Positions 45,802 to 57,682 are shown, numbered from the stretch's first letter. The stretch is DNA of 64,000 nt from an uncultured Actinomycetes bacterium (GCA_963697125.1 CAVOMW010000012.1:6893-70892), one strand, 5' to 3'. The notes: a model not told the origin generated them from the letters alone. Program-made: numbers and translations.

Positions 45802-46271
45802 ATGACCGGCGCGCGCGCGAGGTCGACGACGAGCTGCACGTCGACGTCGTCGGGCAGCTCGCCCCGCGCGATGCCCATCCGCACGACGCGCTCGAAGCTG
45901 GCGCGGCCCATGCGCAGCGTCTCCTGACGCAGTTCGCGCAGTTCGGGATCGCGCACCGCGGCGTCGAGGAACGACGGGAAGACGCGCGCGACCGTCGGCG
46001 AGTCGAAGTAGTCGACGAGGGACGTGAGCAGCGCGAGCAGATCGTCGCGGATCGAGCCGGTGTCGGGTTCGATCGCCGGCGGCTGGAGTGAGGAGATGGC
46101 GGCGTGGATGAGCCGCGCGCGTGAGCCCCAGTGGCGGTAGATGGTGGCCTTGCTCACGCCCGAACGCGCGGCGACGGTGTCGACGCTGATCCCCATCACG
46201 CCCTGCTCCGCGATCACGTCGAGCGTCGCCTGGAGCACGACGTCCTGGTCGCGGCGCGGGCGGGGAGACAC
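45645..46271 (-). CDS. TetR/AcrR family regulator
   Basis: ISVDTVAARSGVSKATIYRHW; DTGSIRDDL. Confidence 0.92.
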   Translation of the reverse strand: MSPRPRRDQDVVLQATLDVIAEQGVMGISVDTVAARSGVSKATIYRHWGSRARLIHAAISSLQPPAIEPDTGSIRDDLLALLTSLVDYFDSPTVARVFPSFLDAAVRDPELRELRQETLRMGRASFERVVRMGIARGELPDDVDVQLVVDLARAPVIYRRVVAQTPVRAPDIAPIVDAVLAAFGSAPLLPRVDSLSSPSSVHGDTSSE

Positions 46272-46273
46272 CG

Positions 46274-47117
46274 TCAGACGCCGATGTTGTCGAGCAGGCG
46301 GGTGTCGCCGAGACCGATCGACGCGAGGAGGCGCACCTCGCCCGTCAACTCGTCGAGCGGGGTCATGGTCGGGCCGTCGACCACCGCGAAGTACTGGATC
46401 GCGGCGGCACCGTCGACGGTGTCGGTGAAGACCTGCTCGACCGCGGCCGCGCTGGTCGTGCCCGCGAGCGCGGCGTCGCGCGCGCGCGCAGAGCGCCGCG
46501 GTACAGCACGGGTGCGACGGCGCGTTGCTCGGGCGTGAGCTGCGAGTTGCGGCTCGAGACGGCGACGCCGTCGGCTTCGCGGATCGTCGGCACGCCGACG
46601 ACCTCGACCGGGTACTCGAGGTCCTCGGCCAGGCGGACGAACATCACGAGCTGCTGCCAGTCCTTCTCGCCGAAGTAGTTGCGGCACGGACCGAACATGT
46701 TCCAGAGCTTGCACATCGCCAGTGCGATGAGGTCGAGGTGCGCGGGGTCCTCGAGCTGGGCGAACCTTGCGAGAACGACGGCAGACGTCACTGTGGTCAT
46801 GGGCGTCGCGCGGGAACAGCACCTCAGCGCGGGGGTGCGAACAGGATGTCGCAACCCGCTTCCTCGGCGAGCGGCCAGTCGTGACCGGCGTCGCGTTCGT
46901 AAGCGAAGGTCGATCCGGTGTGCCACGCCGACAGGTCGGCGGGCGCGCCGCCCCAGTACATCGCGGTGACGTCGTTCTCCTCGGCCGAGCGTCGGATCAG
47001 CGACTGGTGGCCCGCGTGCATGCCGCCGCTGGTGCCCACCATGCCGATGCGCTTGCCCGCGTTCCGTTGCGGGTCGAGCACCGCGCGCAGCTCGCTCACG
47101 GTGCGGTAGAGCTCCAT
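46274..47117 (-). CDS. Divergent pantoate-beta-alanine ligase (PanC) homologue
   Basis: MHAGH, YFGEKDWQQ, PTIREADGVAVSSRN, TRLLDN; pantoate-site motifs are altered. Confidence 0.8.
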
Positions 47118-47119
47118 CG

Positions 47120-47942
47120 CTACTCGCCCCGCATGCCTTCGAAGTCGAGTTCGGGGAGCGCCTGGTGGCACAGCGCGCCACCGTCGATGGTGAGCTCGAT
47201 GCCGGTCACGTACTTCGCCTCGTCGGACGCGAGGTACACGACACCGGCGGCGATGTCGGCGGGTTCACCGAAGCGCGGGACCATGATGTTCTTCTGGAAC
47301 GCGGCGCGGTACTGCGGGTTGTCGAGGATCGCGGTCATCGCTTCGGTCCCGGTGAAGATGAAGCCGACGATGATCGCGTTCGTGCGGATGTCGTCCTTGC
47401 CGAAGTCGACGGCCATCTGGCGGGTGAGCGCGTTGATGGCGCCCTTGGACGCGTGGTACGCCGGCCGGTGGGGGAGCGCCGACTTCGACGAGCTCGCCGA
47501 GATGTTGACGATCGAGCCGTTGCCGGCCTTGCGCATCTCCGGGACCGCGTACTTCGACGCCCAGACCGTGCCCATCGAGCGCGATGCGCAGGATCTTGTC
47601 GAAGATCTCGTTCTCGACCTCGTCGACGTGGCTGTCGCCGCCGCTCCCGACGTCGTCGGACGCGATCGCGTTGTTCACGAGCGTCGTGAGCGAGCCGAAC
47701 CGCTCGACGGTCGTGGCGACCGCGCCGGCCACCTCTTCCTCGATGCCGTTGTCGGCACGGATGTAGAGGGCGCGCCCGCCGGCGTCGTTGACCGCGGCCT
47801 CGACCGCTCGGCCGGCGTCGACCGACCGGCCCGTGAACGCCACCGCGGCGCCCTCGGCGGCCAGCATCTCGACCACGCCCTGGCCGATCCCCCGGGTGCC
47901 CCCGGTGACCAGCGCCACCTTCCCGTCGACCCGTCCCGCCAT
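47120..47942 (-). CDS. Short-chain dehydrogenase/reductase
   Basis: VTGGTRGIG, LVNNA, YHASKG, VTGIELTIDGG. Confidence 0.92.
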
Positions 47943-48045
47943 GTCGTTCCCCCTCGAGTTGCCTGTGGTGCAAGTGATGAAACGAAACTCTAGAGTGTCG
48001 AAACGGTGAGGACGCACGTCTCGATCTCGATGGGGGAGGACGACG

Positions 48046-49094
48046 ATGACCGGGCCGAAGATCAGGGTCGCCCAGCTGTACACGGGTGGGGTGGGGAGCG
48101 AGATCGTGCGCCGGTGCGCGGGGCACCCGGAGCTCGAGCTGGTGGCGGTGATGGTGCACGCCGACGACAAGGCCGGGCGCGACTCCGGTGAACTCGTGGG
48201 CGCGGCGGCCAACGGCATCGTCACCACGCAGTCGCTCGACGACGTGCTGGCGACGAAGCCCGACGCCGCGATCCACTCGGGGTTGCTCTTCGACCTCGAC
48301 CTCATCACCACGCTGCTGCGCGCGGGCGTGAGCGTGTACACCGGCATCGGCGGCTACTACCTGCCGGGCTCGCCCGACTTCGAGCTCATCGACGCGGCCG
48401 CGCGCGAAGGCGACGCGTCGTTCAGCGCGGGCGGCAACATCCCGGGCTTGATCAGCGACGTGTGGCCGTTGTTCGTCACCGGCTACACGGGACGCATCCG
48501 TCAGATCCGCGCCCGGCAGTGGAACGACGTGTCGACCTATCCGTCGGGGGTGCAGATCCAGTCGCTCGGCATCGGCAAGGACGTCGGTGCCGAAGCCGAG
48601 TACGCGGAGATGTTCGACGCGCACTTCACCGGTGCGATCCGCATGTCGGCGCAGATGATCGCCGACGGCCTCGGCGTGGAGCTCACCAACTGCGTGCTCT
48701 CGGAGAAGCGCACGGTCGTGGCCGAGGAACAGCTCACGCTGCCGGCGTCGGGCCTGGTGATCGCGGAGGGCCAGGTGGCCGGGATCGAGTGGACGTGGAC
48801 CGCGACGTCGGGCGACCGCGAGTTCCTGAAGGTCACCAACCAGCAGACCGCGGCGCTCGCGCTCGGTGACGGCTGGCGCCAGACGCACGAGGACCCGCCG
48901 TGGCGGGTCGAGATCGACGGCGAGCCGTCGATCGTCACCACGTTCGGCTGGCCCGAGGGCGCGCCTCCGGGGAGTCGACCTCGCTGCTCAACGTGTCGCG
49001 GGCGATGAACACCATCCCGCAGTTGGTGGCGGCGCGCGCCGGCGCGGTGTCGGTGCTCGACTTCCCCGCACCACGGGCGGCGGGCTTGGCCTGA
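48046..49094 (+). CDS. Dihydrodipicolinate-reductase-like NAD(P)-dependent oxidoreductase
   Basis: TGGVG...HPELELVAV...KAGRDSGEL, GNIPG, RVEIDGEP, MNTIP. Confidence 0.8.
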
Positions 49095-49113
49095 CGCGCC
49101 TGCGCTCGCCTCG

Positions 49114-50329
49114 CTACGCGAGCGACAGGCCCGTGCGGAGCAACGCGTGGGTCGTCTCGTGCGCGGCGAGCAGGTACACGGGGTCCGGTCGACGACGGTG
49201 CGCGGCGAGACAGACCTCGAGCGTCTTGATCGCGTGCTCGTCACCGCACGCGAGCGCGTCGTCAACGAGCTCGTCCTGCGACAGGTCGGGTGCCTCGCAG
49301 GCTCCGACCGCAGGTTCGAGAACCATCGCGGCGTAGAACGCGGCCGAGAGCTGCCAGCCGTAGCGCAGCGCGATCGTCGTGGACTCGGGTGACAGCCACG
49401 GCAGCAACATGCGGGTCGCGGTGCCGGCGGTCAGACCGTGGGCCAGCGCACGTGGGAAGACCTCGGAGACGTTGGCGGCGAGGATGCGGGCGTACGCATC
49501 GGTCAGGTCGTCGAGGAACGTCAAGGGATCACCCGACGGGTCGACCAGGTCGGTGGCGCTCGCGAACGAGTCGAGCGTGGCGAGCTTGTCGATGGGCTCG
49601 CTGAAGAGGAACCAGCCCCGACGGTCACCGATGGGGAGCTGCTCGATCTCCCGCAGCGCGGCGGACGGACGCAGCGCTCGCTCCGGACCGATCGCCTCGG
49701 GCAGCGTCTCGTAGCGCGCGGCCCAGAAGCCGAGTCCTTCGGCGAGCTCGTGCAGCCGTTGCGGCGTGTGGCGCCGACCGAGGCTCCGCGTCGCGTGCGC
49801 GGCGCGGAGCACGGTGTGCGTGCCGCTCCCGTAGCTGCCGGCGGCCAGGCGTGGGACCCAACGGTCGAGCACGTCGGTCCACGGCGCCTCGGCCAACTCG
49901 CGCTCGAACAGCACGACCCAGTCGCCGGCGCGGTCGTAGTCGCCGAGTGCAGCGCGCCACTCGTCGGCGTCGATCGGATTCCACGCCCGTGGCGCCTCGG
50001 TCAGGTACTTCCGGTAGCGCTGCGTGCGTTCGATCACCGCGTCGGGGCGGCCGAGCTCGCACAACGCATCGGCGGTCATGGGCGCGTGGTTGGCGATGCA
50101 GAGGCCACGACCGAAGGGATCGAACTCCGCCGCGGTGCCCGCGAGCAGCTCGAGCGCCTCGTCCATCACCTCGTCGTCGACGAGCGGCGTCGCCGCGTGC
50201 GAGACGCGATCGGTGCGGACCGGGGAGTGGTCGAGGTGGTCGCGTGCGTCCGAGCAGGTCGCGACCGAACTCGCGGTCGGGGGCGGAGGGGGTGGGCTGG
50301 GCCCGGAGCGCGTCGAGTGCGTCAGTCAT
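49114..50329 (-). CDS. Questin oxidase family (DUF4243) protein with an anti-sigma-like N-terminal extension
   Basis: NHAPM..AL..LG, HTVLRAAHA, ELAEGLGFWAA, GDEHAIK; start overlaps the ECF sigma stop. Confidence 0.75.
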
Positions 50330-50864
50330 GGTCGACGACCTCCTTGTCGTAGGCCCGGCGCAGTGCGTTCCGGGCTCGGTACAGCAGGGCTTCGGTCGCC
50401 TCGTAGCCGCGGCCGATCTCGCGGGCCACGTCGGCGACGCTCAACCCGTCGACGTAGCGGAGGGTGAGGACGGCCCGGTGGTGACCAGCGAGTCGGGCCA
50501 GTGCGCAGCGGCAGCGCACGACGTCCATCGGTTCGGTCCAGTCGGGACCCACCTCGGGTTCGGTGGGCAACACGCGATCCGAGGTCCTGGGATCGACCCG
50601 GGCGGCGCGCCGCCAGTGGTCGATCAGTCGTCGACGAGCGACGACGATGAGCCAGCCGTTGGTGACCTCGTCGACCAGGCCCCGCTCGAGGGCAGAGACC
50701 GCGGCCGCAAACGTCTCCGAGGTGAGATCCTCGGCGAGCCAGCGGTCGCCGCAGCGCGCCAGCAGGTACCCGTAGACCTCGGGCAGGGACGCGGTGAACG
50801 TGTCGATCGCCGCGTCCGAGGATGCGCCGGTCGAGGATGCGCCGAGGGTGCTGTCGGCAACCAT
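50322..50864 (-). CDS. ECF sigma-70 factor
   Basis: AEDLTSETF, WLIVVARRRLIDHWRR, LRYVDGLSVADVAREIG...LLYRAR. Confidence 0.92.
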   Translation of the reverse strand: MVADSTLGASSTGASSDAAIDTFTASLPEVYGYLLARCGDRWLAEDLTSETFAAAVSALERGLVDEVTNGWLIVVARRRLIDHWRRAARVDPRTSDRVLPTEPEVGPDWTEPMDVVRCRCALARLAGHHRAVLTLRYVDGLSVADVAREIGRGYEATEALLYRARNALRRAYDKEVVDHD

Positions 50865-50964
50865 GTCCTGTTCATCGAACCACGTGCCGGAATCCGACGG
50901 GTCCGAGCGAGAATTTTCCTGATGTGGTTGCACGTCCGTCGACTCGCGTGGTCGACTCCGCGGC

Positions 50965-51765
50965 GTGACCGATCCTGTCGTGCTCGTCGATGTGGCCGAC
51001 CGCATCGCCACCATCACGCTCAACCGTCCCGAGGCCCGCAACGCGTTGAGCCGTGCCCTCGGCCACGCGCTGTGGGACGCGGTGGGTGATGCCGGTGCCG
51101 ATCCCGACGTCGACGCGGTGGTGCTGACCGGGGCCGATCCCGCCTTCAGCGCGGGCGTCGACCTCAAGGAGGTGAGCGGTGAGATCCCGCCCACCGACTC
51201 GCCACGCGGCCCCGGCGACGGCCCGGAGCGGTTCGACGACAACGGGCTCTACCGGTTCATCCCGCTGATCCCGAAGCCGATCATCGGCGCGATCAACGGC
51301 GTCGCGGTGACGGGCGGGCTCGAGCTCGCGTTGCAGTGCACGTTCCTGGTCGCGTCCGACCGGGCACGCTTCGCCGACACGCACGCGCGCGTCGGGATCA
51401 TGCCCGGGGGCGGCATCACCGTGCTGCTCGCGAAATGGATCGGCCTGCCGCGCGCGATCGAGATGTCGCTCACCGGCAACTTCGTGGCCGCCGACGAGGC
51501 GCTGCGACTCGGCCTCGTCAACCACGTCGTCCCCCACGACGAGCTGCTGCCGTTCGCCCGTGGTCTCGCGGCCGACATCGTGAGCAACGACCAGACCGGC
51601 GTGCGCCGCCTGCTCGCGCACTACCGGCGCATCGCCAACGCGTCGACGCTCGACGAAGCGCACCTGATCGAGGGGTACATGGCCGAGCAGTGGACGCGCG
51701 ACGCGTCGGCGCTGGCCGATCGGCGACAGGCCGTCACCGAGCGCGGTCGCGCGCAGGGAGGCTGA
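50965..51765 (+). CDS. Enoyl-CoA hydratase family protein
   Basis: [38 protein letters not shown]. Confidence 0.92.
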   Translation: MTDPVVLVDVADRIATITLNRPEARNALSRALGHALWDAVGDAGADPDVDAVVLTGADPAFSAGVDLKEVSGEIPPTDSPRGPGDGPERFDDNGLYRFIPLIPKPIIGAINGVAVTGGLELALQCTFLVASDRARFADTHARVGIMPGGGITVLLAKWIGLPRAIEMSLTGNFVAADEALRLGLVNHVVPHDELLPFARGLAADIVSNDQTGVRRLLAHYRRIANASTLDEAHLIEGYMAEQWTRDASALADRRQAVTERGRAQGG

Positions 51766-51770
51766 AGCAC

Positions 51771-54042
51771 ATGCCGGGTGCACTCGAGGGACTGCGGGTC
51801 GTCGACCTCACGACGGGGCTGGCGGGGCCGATCGCGACGATGACGCTGAGCGACCACGGCGCCGACGTGGTGAAGGTCGAGCCGGCGAGCGGTGATCCGC
51901 AACGCGCGGTACGTGGGCTCGGTGGTGACCAACCGCGGGAAGCGCAGCGTGGTGCTCGACCTCGACGACGCAGGCGACCGTGAGCAGCTGCTCGCGCTGA
52001 TCGACACCGCCGACGTGCTGGTCGAGAGCTTCGCACCCGGACACCTCGCCGCGCGCGGGCTCGACTTCGATCGCGTCGCCGCCGACCGGCCGTCGCTGAT
52101 CTACTGCTCGCTCACCGGGTACCCGCGCACGACCGACGCGGCCGATCGGCCCGCCATCGATCTGCTGGTGCAGGCGCGCTCGGGCATGCAGTACGAGCAG
52201 CCCGGCTTTCGCGACGGCCCGATCTTCCTGCACGCGCCGTTGCCGAGCATCGCCGCGTCGTACCTCACCGTCGAGGGGATCCTCGCCGCGCTCTACGCGC
52301 GCGAGCTCACCGGTCGGGGCAGTGGGTGGAGACGTCGCTGTACCAGGGCGTGCTCTCGTTCACCACGCAGCTGTGGCAGGACCCCGAGCACCGGGTCGAG
52401 CCCTGGTTCGAGATCGGGTTCGAGCCGCGGCCGAGCATCTACGAGTGCGCCGACGGGCTGTGGGTGCACTCGATGCACTTCGCCGGTGGTCGGGGCAAGG
52501 ACCGCAGCATCGTGTGGGAGATCCTGGGCATCGACGCGCCCGACCTCGAATGGAACCCGACCGGCGGCCAGGCGTTCGACGACGTCATCCGCGACGCGAT
52601 CGGCAAGATGAAGCGCCAGGACCTGCTCGACCAGTTCTGGGCCAACGAGATCGCGATCGCGCCGGTGCGCCACGCGCACGAGGCGCTCGAGGACGAGCAG
52701 GTGATCAACAACGGGATGTCGGTGGTGGTCGACGATCCCGTGCACGGCCCGGTGCGCCAGGCCGGCATCTCGTTCCGGCTGCACGGTGCGCCGACACCGG
52801 CGGTGCAGGGTCCGCAACCCGCGGTCGGCCAGCACACCGACGAGGTGCTCGCGGCGACGGCGAAGGAGCCGGCGCGCGGCACGCGCGCCGCGACCGGCGA
52901 AGCGGCCGGTCACGCACGCGCTCGAGGGCATCAAGATCCTCGACCTCGGCAACTTCCTCGCCGGCCCGTTCGGACCGATGCTGCTCGGCGATCTCGGCGC
53001 GACCGTCTACAAGCTCGAGTCACCCCAGGGTGACCAGATGCGCCCGGTCACGCAGCCGTTCAACGGCTGTCAACGAGGGAAGCTCGACGTCGTCGTCGAC
53101 CTCAAGCAGCCCGAAGGCGTCGAGATCGCGCACCGGCTCATGCGCGAGGTCGACGTCGTGCACCACAACATGCGACCCGGCGTCGCCGAACGACTGGGCG
53201 TCGACTACGAGACCGCCAAGCGGCTCAACCCGAACGTCATCTACTGCCACACGACCATGTGGGGCAGCGACGGGCCGCGCGCGACGTGGCCGGGCTTCGA
53301 CCAACTCGCGCAGTCGTCGTGCGGGCTCGAGCAGGAGCTCGGCGGTGAGGGCAACGGCCCGAACTGGTACCGCTTCGGGATGTGCGACCAGGCGTGCGCG
53401 GTGCAGTCCGCACTCGCGGTGCTCATGGCGCTCTACTGGCGCGAGCGCACCGGCGAGGGTCAGCTCGTCGACACGTCGATCGTGAACGGTGGCGTGCAGC
53501 TGAACACCGACGCGTGGATCGGTCCCGACGGCTGGTCGGAACGCCCGCGCACGGATGCAGACCAGACCGGGTTCGGTCCGCTCTACCGCCTCTACGAGGC
53601 GAGCGACGGTTGGCTCGCGATCGCGTGTCTCGGCGACACGCACCGGCGCGCGCTCGCGACCGTGGTGCCCGGCCTCGATGCCCACTCGCCGGACGTCGGG
53701 ACGCTGGAGGCGTTCTTCGCCGCGCGCACCGCGCAGGAGTCGTTCGACCTGCTCGACGGCGCGGGCGTCCCGGTGGAGCTGGCGCCCGAGGACGCGGGCC
53801 GCACCTGGTTCACCCAACCCGACCTCGTCGCCGCGGGACTCGTCGCCGACTACGAGCACCCGACCTACGGGCGCTTCCGTCAGTTCGGTGAGCTCGTGCA
53901 CCTGTCCGACACGCCGGGGCGCATCGCCGGCCCGCCGCCGCTGCTCGGCCAGCACTCACGCGAGGTGCTCGCCGACCTCGGCTACTCCGACGCCGAGATC
54001 CAGACCCTCCGCGACCGCGGCGTCACCCTCTGGCCCGACTGA
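51771..54042 (+). CDS. CoA-transferase family III (CaiB/BaiF) with two tandem domains
   Basis: [12 protein letters not shown]...[14 protein letters not shown]; second copy [25 protein letters not shown]. Confidence 0.9.
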
Positions 54043-54053
54043 CGCCCACCCAT

Positions 54054-54104
54054 GCTTTTGGCGCCCCTCTGTCGTCATAGTGACGCGGTAGGGGCGCCAA
54101 AAGC
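54054..54104. repeat. REP-like palindromic element
   Basis: Perfect 15-bp arms GCTTTTGGCGCCCCT/AGGGGCGCCAAAAGC with an inner CGTCA-TAG-TGACG stem. Confidence 0.75.
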
Positions 54105-54124
54105 GCAGTTGTACGCTCCGCGGC

Positions 54125-55223
54125 GTGGCGGTGCTCTCCGACGAGGCGATCGTCCGCGCGCGGATGGTCGGTCTCGGAGTGTGGGCGTCACCACCCTGCG
54201 CGCCGGGCGCCGCCGTCGGTCGTCTCGTGGCGATGCAGGCGCAGGAACACCGGTACGCACGCTGGTCGGTCGGGCAACGATCGGCGACGCGAGCGTCCGA
54301 CGTCGATGCGGCCTTCGACGCCGGCGAGCTCCTCCGTACCCACGTCCTCCGTCCGACGTGGCATTTCACGACCCCGGCCGATCTGCGGTGGCTGCTCGCG
54401 CTCACCGGTCCGATCCTCGAGCGTCGCAACGCGCGCCGCGACCAGGAGCTCGAGCTCGACGCTCGGACCCGACGCCGCGCCACCGACCTGATCGCTGATG
54501 CCGTCGGCACCGGTCCCTTGACGCGGCGCGAACTCGCGGAGGTGCTCGAGCAGCGCGGGATCGGGACCGACGGACAACGCATCGCGCACCTCTTGTTCCA
54601 TGCCGAGCTGCACGCGGCGGTGTGCAGCGGCCCGATGCGCGGCAAGGTGCACACGTACGCCGCGTTCGACACGCGGGTGCCGCCAGGTGTTGCCCACGAA
54701 GGGGAAGCCGCGGTCGCGGAGCTGGCGCGGCGTTACTTCGCAACCCGCGGTCCCGCGACCCTGCGCGACTTCGCGTGGTGGTCCGGGCTCCCGATGGCCG
54801 ACGCGGTGCGGGGCTCTCCGCCGTGCAGACGGAGCTGACGTCGTTCGCGTGCGACGACCGGACGTACTGGTTCACCGACGTCGCGAAACGGGTCAAGAGT
54901 CCGCGGGTTGATCTCGTGCAGTGCTACGACGAGACGATCATCTCCTACACGGAGTCGCGTGACGTCCTGCAGACGCCCGACGTCGCGTTCCCCGTCCCGC
55001 GTAGCATCGACGGCTTCGTGCACGTGCTGCTGTGCGACGGTCGCCTCCTCGGGCACTGGCGCGTGGCCGGTGCTGGCGCCGGCGCAGAGTGGAGACGCGC
55101 GTGGCGCGTGCACTCGACGACCGTGAGCAGACCGCGCTCGACGCCGCCGTGGACCGGTACGAGACGTTTCGGCGCCCGCTCAACCACCCATATGAGGACT
55201 CGAGGGGCGCCAAAACAGAGTGA
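54125..55223 (+). CDS. AlkZ/YcaQ-family (HTH_42) DNA glycosylase
   Basis: AMQAQ (QxQ), LRTHVLRPTWH, GPATLRDFAWWSGL, YDE. Confidence 0.85.
55166..55216. repeat. Second REP-like palindromic element
   Basis: GTTTCGGCGCCC...GGGCGCCAAAAC, 51 nt long like the copy at 54054. Confidence 0.65.
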
Positions 55224-55224
55224 G

Positions 55225-56495
55225 TCAGACGCTGCCGATGCCGGCGGCCTCGTTCTTCTTGCGCCACTCCTCACGTGACATGCGCGTGGTGTCGACGTCG
55301 GTCGCCCGGGCGCGCAGCGCGCCGACCGTCGCCTCCTCCTTCGGCGTGTGCTGGAACGGGTCCCAGTCGAAGAAGCGGCAGGAGTTCTCCCACGTGATCT
55401 GTGTGGATCTCGTCGTCGCTGACCCCGGCGTCCTGGAACTCCTTCCAGGCGAACTCGGGCGACTCCGGCCACGTCGTGTCGGTGTGGGGGTAGTCGCACT
55501 CCCAGGCGATGATGTCGATGCCGATGCGGTGACGCAGCTCGAGGCCGGACGGGTCGGTGATGTAGCAGGCGAGGATGTGCTCGCGGAACACGTCGGACGG
55601 CTTCTTGCCGCCGAAGTCGTTCTGCAGCCACGCCTGGTTCTCGAAGTGCCGGTCGGCGCGGTCGAGGTAGAACGGGATCCACCCGATGCCGCCCTCGGAG
55701 AGCGCGACCTTGAGGTCGGGGAACTGGCGCAGCGTCGGCCCGAACAGCAGGTCCTGCGCGACCAGCACCGAGATCTGCGCGGTGAGCACGATGAGGTGGT
55801 CGATCGGTGCCTCGGGCGGCTTCTGTTGATGAGGTCGAAGCCGGCACCGATGTGCAGCGACAGCACCATGTTCTCGTCGCACATCGCCTGGAGCATCGGG
55901 TCCCAGTGGCCCGACAGGAAGCTCGGGAAGCCCTGCGCGTGCGGCGCCTCGAGGAAGCTGATCGAACGGCAGCCCTTCGCCGCGATGCGGTGCACCTCGG
56001 CGACCGCGAGGTCGACGTCCCACATCGGGACGATGCCCTGCGGGATGAAGCGACCGGGGTACGCGGCGCACCACTCGTCGATGGCCCAGTCGTTGTAGGC
56101 CTGGAGCATGACGAGCGACAGCTCCTTGTCGCCCGCCTCGGTGAACGTGCGCGCGTTGAAGCCCGGCCATGGTGGGGAAGCACATCGACCCGAGCACGCC
56201 GTTGACGTCCATGTCGCGGACGCGCTCGTGCACGTCCCAGCAGCCGGGCCGCAGCTCGCGTGAACGAGCCGGGGTTGAAGCCCCACTCCTCACGCGGCCA
56301 CCCGACGGTGGCGGCCATGCCGAAGGGCGTCGCGGTGGCCTCGCCCTGGAACGTCCACTCGTCGACGCCCTGCGCGTTGCGGACGATCTTCGGCGCCTGG
56401 TCGAGCCACTTCGCCGGCAGGTGGTTCTTGTACATGTCCGGCGGCTCGATCATGTGGTCGTCGATGCTGACCAGGATCATGTCGTCCATCTGCAT
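55225..56495 (-). CDS. Amidohydrolase family protein
   Basis: VSIDDHMIEPP, AYNDW, SLHIG, LSEGGIGW, WECDYPH. Confidence 0.9.
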
Positions 56496-56636
56496 GGCGG
56501 ACGTCCCTTCGGTGCGGTCTTTCGAGGGCTCGGGGCGGGTTTGGGCGGAGCCCAAAAACTGTACGCCGCGGCGGCACTCGACCGCCTCGCCAGCGGCGGC
56601 GAGACTGTGCGCGATCCACGACGGACGGAGACGGTG

Positions 56637-57671
56637 ATGCCGGGTGCGACGATGTTCGACTTCCAGCCGGGACAGGCCGAGGCGATGGTGCGCGGCATCG
56701 CGTCGGCGGTCGGTGGCGACGAGGGGCTCACGCCGACCCAGGCGAGCGTGCTCGGCGCGATCTCGCACTACATCTTCGACCTCGACACCCCCGTCGACCA
56801 GCTCGCACCGATGAGCGCGGCGGAGCTCGCGGCCGCACTCGACCCGGTGCTCGCCCGGGGCGCGGTGCGCGGGATGGTCACGCTCGAGATCGTCTCCGAA
56901 CCGGTGACGCCCGAGCTCGTGGCGCGCGTCGACGACTACGCGAAGACGCTCGGCATCGACGAGAACATGCTGCAGGTGGCGCGCGACTACTCGCAGGGTG
57001 CGATGGACGTCGCGCAGCAGGACTACCTCCGCAGTTCGTACGTGCTCGACTACTACACGCAGCACGGCAACGACGGGTCACTGCACCGCACCGTGCGCGA
57101 GCCCGGCGACCGGAGTCCGCTCGATCCCGCGCTCGAGGCGAAGTGGAAGACACTCGAGTCGTGTCCTGCGGGCTCACTCGGTCGCACGGTGTGGGACTTC
57201 TACCAGCGGCGCGGGTTCTCCCTGCCCGGGTCACCCGGCGCGGTGGACCCGCTCCTCGCGGAGCACGACTTCGTGCACTGCGTCGCCGACTACGGCACGT
57301 CGGCCACCGGTGAGATCGAGGTGTTCTCGTTCATCGCCGCCGCGATCCCGGACGCCAGCGGCTTCAGTTACCTGGTGGTGATCCTCGGACTGTTCGAGAC
57401 GGGCAATGTCGCGATGGTGCCCGGGGTCGCCACCGCGTCACCCGGTCATCTCCAGCTGCCCGGCGGCACCGAGCGCATGGGCGACGCGATCCGGCGCGGG
57501 CTGCTGCTCGGCCGCGACGTGATGGGTGGGGTCGACTGGTTCGAGTACGTCGACGAACCGCTCGACGACGTGCGGTCGAAGCTCGGGATCGTCCCGAAGA
57601 GCGACGCCGCGGTTGCCGCCGGCTCGCTTCCCGCGATGGACCCGAACGCGGTCTTCGGAAAGTCGAATTAG
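56637..57671 (+). CDS. Hypothetical protein with a Coq4-like C-terminal domain
   Basis: LESCPAGSLG...HDFVH...YGT...GEIE (HDxxH...E metal motif). Confidence 0.65.
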   Translation: MPGATMFDFQPGQAEAMVRGIASAVGGDEGLTPTQASVLGAISHYIFDLDTPVDQLAPMSAAELAAALDPVLARGAVRGMVTLEIVSEPVTPELVARVDDYAKTLGIDENMLQVARDYSQGAMDVAQQDYLRSSYVLDYYTQHGNDGSLHRTVREPGDRSPLDPALEAKWKTLESCPAGSLGRTVWDFYQRRGFSLPGSPGAVDPLLAEHDFVHCVADYGTSATGEIEVFSFIAAAIPDASGFSYLVVILGLFETGNVAMVPGVATASPGHLQLPGGTERMGDAIRRGLLLGRDVMGGVDWFEYVDEPLDDVRSKLGIVPKSDAAVAAGSLPAMDPNAVFGKSN

Positions 57672-57682
57672 AGAGCGGCGAC

